Made by a program: the position numbers and the translations under genes. DNA of 64,000 nt from a virus: the IMG/VR virus record IMGVR_UViG_3300023296_001674; one strand, written 5' to 3'. Of this stretch, positions 61,762 through 64,000 are shown piece by piece. How positions within the stretch are numbered: position 1 is the stretch's first letter; every line of letters starts with the position of its first letter. The notes beneath the pieces are model-generated. The model searched no databases. It saw only the letters and a list, made by a program, of their open reading frames with translations, and was not told where the DNA came from.

Positions 61762-62056
61762 TATTACTATAACCATAACTGAACGCGAACGTGAAATATT
61801 AAACACAATCGTCAATGTTTGGGGCAGCGAGGATGATGATTTACTTATGCATGGTCATGCATCATATTCAGAAGTTAACGATTTATTAGAAAAAATGAAT
61901 ATTGATATTCCAGAAGGATTGGCTAACATGATGTCTGGAAAAACATTTAAAAGATATGAAGATATCAAAAAACGTCAAGAAACAAAACATCATTTTGATA
62001 AAATAATTACCGACAATCTTAATTCAAAATTTATGGAGACTAAAAATGACAAATAG
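61754..62056 (+). CDS. Hypothetical protein
   Basis: Overlaps its neighbours by 8 and 11 nt. Confidence 0.5.
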   Translation: MSDITITITEREREILNTIVNVWGSEDDDLLMHGHASYSEVNDLLEKMNIDIPEGLANMMSGKTFKRYEDIKKRQETKHHFDKIITDNLNSKFMETKNDK

Positions 62057-62306
62057 TATAGATTTTAATATTAATGAAATGGTTCGTGTTAAACTTACTG
62101 ATCATGGTCGGATGATGCACAAAAAATTTCATGATGATTTATTTATGGATTTCTTATTGACACAAAAATATACGCCACCCGAAGAAGATTCCGAGGGATG
62201 GAGTAGATGGCAACTTTGGATGTTGATGGAAGTGTTTGGTTCGCATTTTTCACATGGCTGTGATCTTCCATTTGATATGGGCATACAAATAATACAGGAG
62301 AAATAA
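62046..62306 (+). CDS. Hypothetical protein
   Basis: Compact operon context. Confidence 0.5.
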   Translation: MTNSIDFNINEMVRVKLTDHGRMMHKKFHDDLFMDFLLTQKYTPPEEDSEGWSRWQLWMLMEVFGSHFSHGCDLPFDMGIQIIQEK

Positions 62307-62307
62307 T

Positions 62308-62745
62308 ATGGGAATTTATATGACACATTACGCATTCATTGGGGTTAAATTTTCACCTAGTACACAACTTGTTGATCGCATACAACGTGGATGTAGTCAC
62401 GATGGTGCAAAAGCCAAATTTTGTTCCGAGTGTGGTGCTCCGATGTGGAAAGACAAACAAGATCGCGTGAATCAATTTGACGATATACATGAGGAATTAA
62501 TAGAACCACTATATGAAGAACTAGAAGAGCATTTTAATGAACATGTAGTTGTTGGAACAGATCACGATGGTGATGCGATTTATATTGGATACGGAACATC
62601 TGTTGAAAATTTTGAAGAATCTAATATTCCATTAATTGACCAAGAAATTGTAAAAAGTGTGTTACAGCCCATTCTTGAGAAATATAAAATATGGAATCAA
62701 TGTTCTGATACATTAGGATTTTGGCTTGTGAGTACAGGGCATTAA
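62308..62745 (+). CDS. Hypothetical protein with zinc-ribbon motif
   Basis: GGAGAA RBS. CSHDGAKAKFCSECGAPM. Confidence 0.5.
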   Translation: MGIYMTHYAFIGVKFSPSTQLVDRIQRGCSHDGAKAKFCSECGAPMWKDKQDRVNQFDDIHEELIEPLYEELEEHFNEHVVVGTDHDGDAIYIGYGTSVENFEESNIPLIDQEIVKSVLQPILEKYKIWNQCSDTLGFWLVSTGH

Positions 62746-62751
62746 TAATAT

Positions 62752-62904
62752 ATGAAAATATTCAGTCCATGCATTGGTCGATGTAATCTTAAAGAAAATG
62801 TATGCACAGGATGTTTACGCACTAAAAATGAAATAATTAAATGGCGAAATATGATATTCACTGAACGCATTAATGTAATTAAACGAATTTCTTCTATAAA
62901 ATAA
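62752..62904 (+). CDS. DUF1289-like small Cys-rich protein, 50 aa (missed by the 60-aa cutoff)
   Basis: SPCIGRCNL.ENVCTGCLRTKNEIIKWRNM...ER follows the DUF1289 pattern SPC.G.C.L.....C.GC.RT..EI..W (recalled). Confidence 0.5.
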   Translation: MKIFSPCIGRCNLKENVCTGCLRTKNEIIKWRNMIFTERINVIKRISSIK

Positions 62905-62912
62905 ATCAACAC

Positions 62913-62941
62913 TTGACATAGATGTTAATTCGTTATATATT
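62913..62941 (+). promoter_or_regulatory. sigma70-type promoter candidate
   Basis: TTGACA (62913-62918), 17 nt, TATATT (62936-62941). 30 nt before the ATG at 62971. Confidence 0.55.
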
Positions 62942-62970
62942 ATTCATACACAGAATGAAGGATAATTGCT

Positions 62971-63228
62971 ATGAAAACCAATCATCGACGCAGTTTCAGT
63001 GATAAACGACATTCACGTGCTGTATTCAATGAATACATTGTCGGCAATTTTTCCAAAATTGCCGATGATGGAAAATATATATCTGCGGGATCGACGTCGG
63101 GTGATCATTGTTGTGGTAAACGCGGTATTCGACGCGATAAAGCGGGTGCAAAGAAATATGTAAATTCGCGCACAAGATTTCATAACAAAATGGCATTAGA
63201 TAGACAGATAAACGAAGTGGAGATTTAA
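62971..63228 (+). CDS. Hypothetical basic protein
   Basis: GAAGGA RBS. R/K/H-rich. Confidence 0.5.
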   Translation: MKTNHRRSFSDKRHSRAVFNEYIVGNFSKIADDGKYISAGSTSGDHCCGKRGIRRDKAGAKKYVNSRTRFHNKMALDRQINEVEI

Positions 63229-63229
63229 A

Positions 63230-64000
63230 ATGAAAACCGATGAATACGGAAATCGCATGAAAGATTACGAAAGAATGGAAACCGGAAGACGGTTTATGCC
63301 ACTTCTACCCGTATATGCGCGGATTGATGGTCGTAGTTTTAGTAAGTTCACCAAAGGAATGCGCCGCCCTTATGATAAACGCATGTCACGATGTATGATT
63401 GAAACAGCAAAATATCTTGTCGATCAAACCGACGCTATGATAGGATATGTCCAAAGTGATGAGATTTCTCTTGCATGGTATAGCGATTCAGTTGATAGCC
63501 AAATTTTCTTTGATGGCAAGATTCAAAAGATGGTTTCAGTTCTTGCTGGTATGGCATCAGTTAAGTTTCTCCACGAATATCGAAATACATTTGGTGCACA
63601 GGCAGATATGGATGCGCTACCGTTGTTCGACGCACGTGTATTTCAACTACCTACTAAGGTAGAACTTGCAAACACATTTCTTTGGCGAGAACGTGATGCT
63701 ACCAAAAATGCTATCAGTATGGCTGCACGATCATTTTATAGCCATGCTGAATTACATAAAAAATCTGGTTCTGAAATGCAAGAAATGATGTTCCTAGCAG
63801 GACAGAACTTCAACGACTATCCAGCATTTTTTAAACGTGGAACATTTGTTCGCCGTGAATTAGTAGACATTGAACTGTCTGCTGGTGAATATGCCAACAT
63901 TCCAGATCGTCATAAACCACATAGCATGTGGGTTAAACGCCATCGCATGGTTGAAATGGATATGCCATCATTTGGAACAGTAATGAATCGCGACGATGTA
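63230..64000 (+). CDS. tRNA-His guanylyltransferase (Thg1)-like protein, 3' partial
   Basis: Not in the ORF track because it runs off the window. GAAGTGGAG RBS. PVYARIDGRSFSKFTKGM..PYD.RM, then YVQSDEISLAW.......FFDGKIQKMVSVLAGMAS..F, the Thg1/TLP signature segments. Confidence 0.8.
   Translation, partial: MKTDEYGNRMKDYERMETGRRFMPLLPVYARIDGRSFSKFTKGMRRPYDKRMSRCMIETAKYLVDQTDAMIGYVQSDEISLAWYSDSVDSQIFFDGKIQKMVSVLAGMASVKFLHEYRNTFGAQADMDALPLFDARVFQLPTKVELANTFLWRERDATKNAISMAARSFYSHAELHKKSGSEMQEMMFLAGQNFNDYPAFFKRGTFVRRELVDIELSAGEYANIPDRHKPHSMWVKRHRMVEMDMPSFGTVMNRDDV

Noticed and set aside
1-64000. Search for a tmRNA partner for SmpB, additional tRNAs, rRNA and CRISPR arrays.
   Set aside because: Only two canonical T-arm signatures (GGTTCGA.TCC) were found, and both belong to the tRNAs at 22.5 kb. 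No repeat-spacer array was seen. By-eye scanning cannot exclude a permuted or divergent tmRNA, so this is absence of evidence only.

Overview
The window is a visibly AT-rich, very gene-dense stretch of about 115 plausible ORFs and 2 tRNAs, almost all on the + strand. It looks like part of a large virulent tailed phage. No integrase, CRISPR array or rRNA was seen.

T4-superfamily-like markers:
- a split type II topoisomerase (gp52-like 9923..11284, gp39-like 12302..14182)
- an RFC/gp44-type clamp loader
- PhoH, MazG and a GroES-like co-chaperonin
- five free-standing homing-endonuclease-like genes
- tail-fibre-like genes at the left edge

Host-like auxiliary genes:
- Proteostasis: DnaJ-Def-ClpA operon.
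- Translation and tRNA: SmpB, CysRS, an N-terminally truncated ThrRS, a Thg1-like enzyme (3' partial), and tRNA-Arg(UCU) plus an odd tRNA(UAA).
- Metabolism: PurS-like, CoaE, a histidine phosphatase and a HAD nucleotidase.
- Nucleic-acid enzymes: two beta-class DNA methyltransferases (one frameshifted at a T7 run), a DnaQ/ExoX-like exonuclease and an MBL-fold hydrolase.
- Other: macro and WGR domain proteins.

Three signals stand out:
1. An operon encodes FliG-middle-domain-like and FliM-like (flagellar switch) proteins.
2. A family of about 20 small paralogs shares a W(C/L)xEN motif and an invariant C-terminal AFKLRW(L/I) tail. The copies are packed in arrays with a recurrent 10-nt start/stop overlap. 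One copy is fused to a ClpX-type zinc finger.
3. A co-directional block of unknown function contains a membrane-anchored protein, a TelA-like coiled-coil protein and a classic AAA ATPase.

About 22 near-consensus sigma70-type promoters (TTGACA, 16-18 nt spacer, TATAAT-like) sit at a strikingly constant distance upstream of start codons.

All homology calls come from by-eye motif recognition and reference sequences recalled from memory. None was verified by a search.
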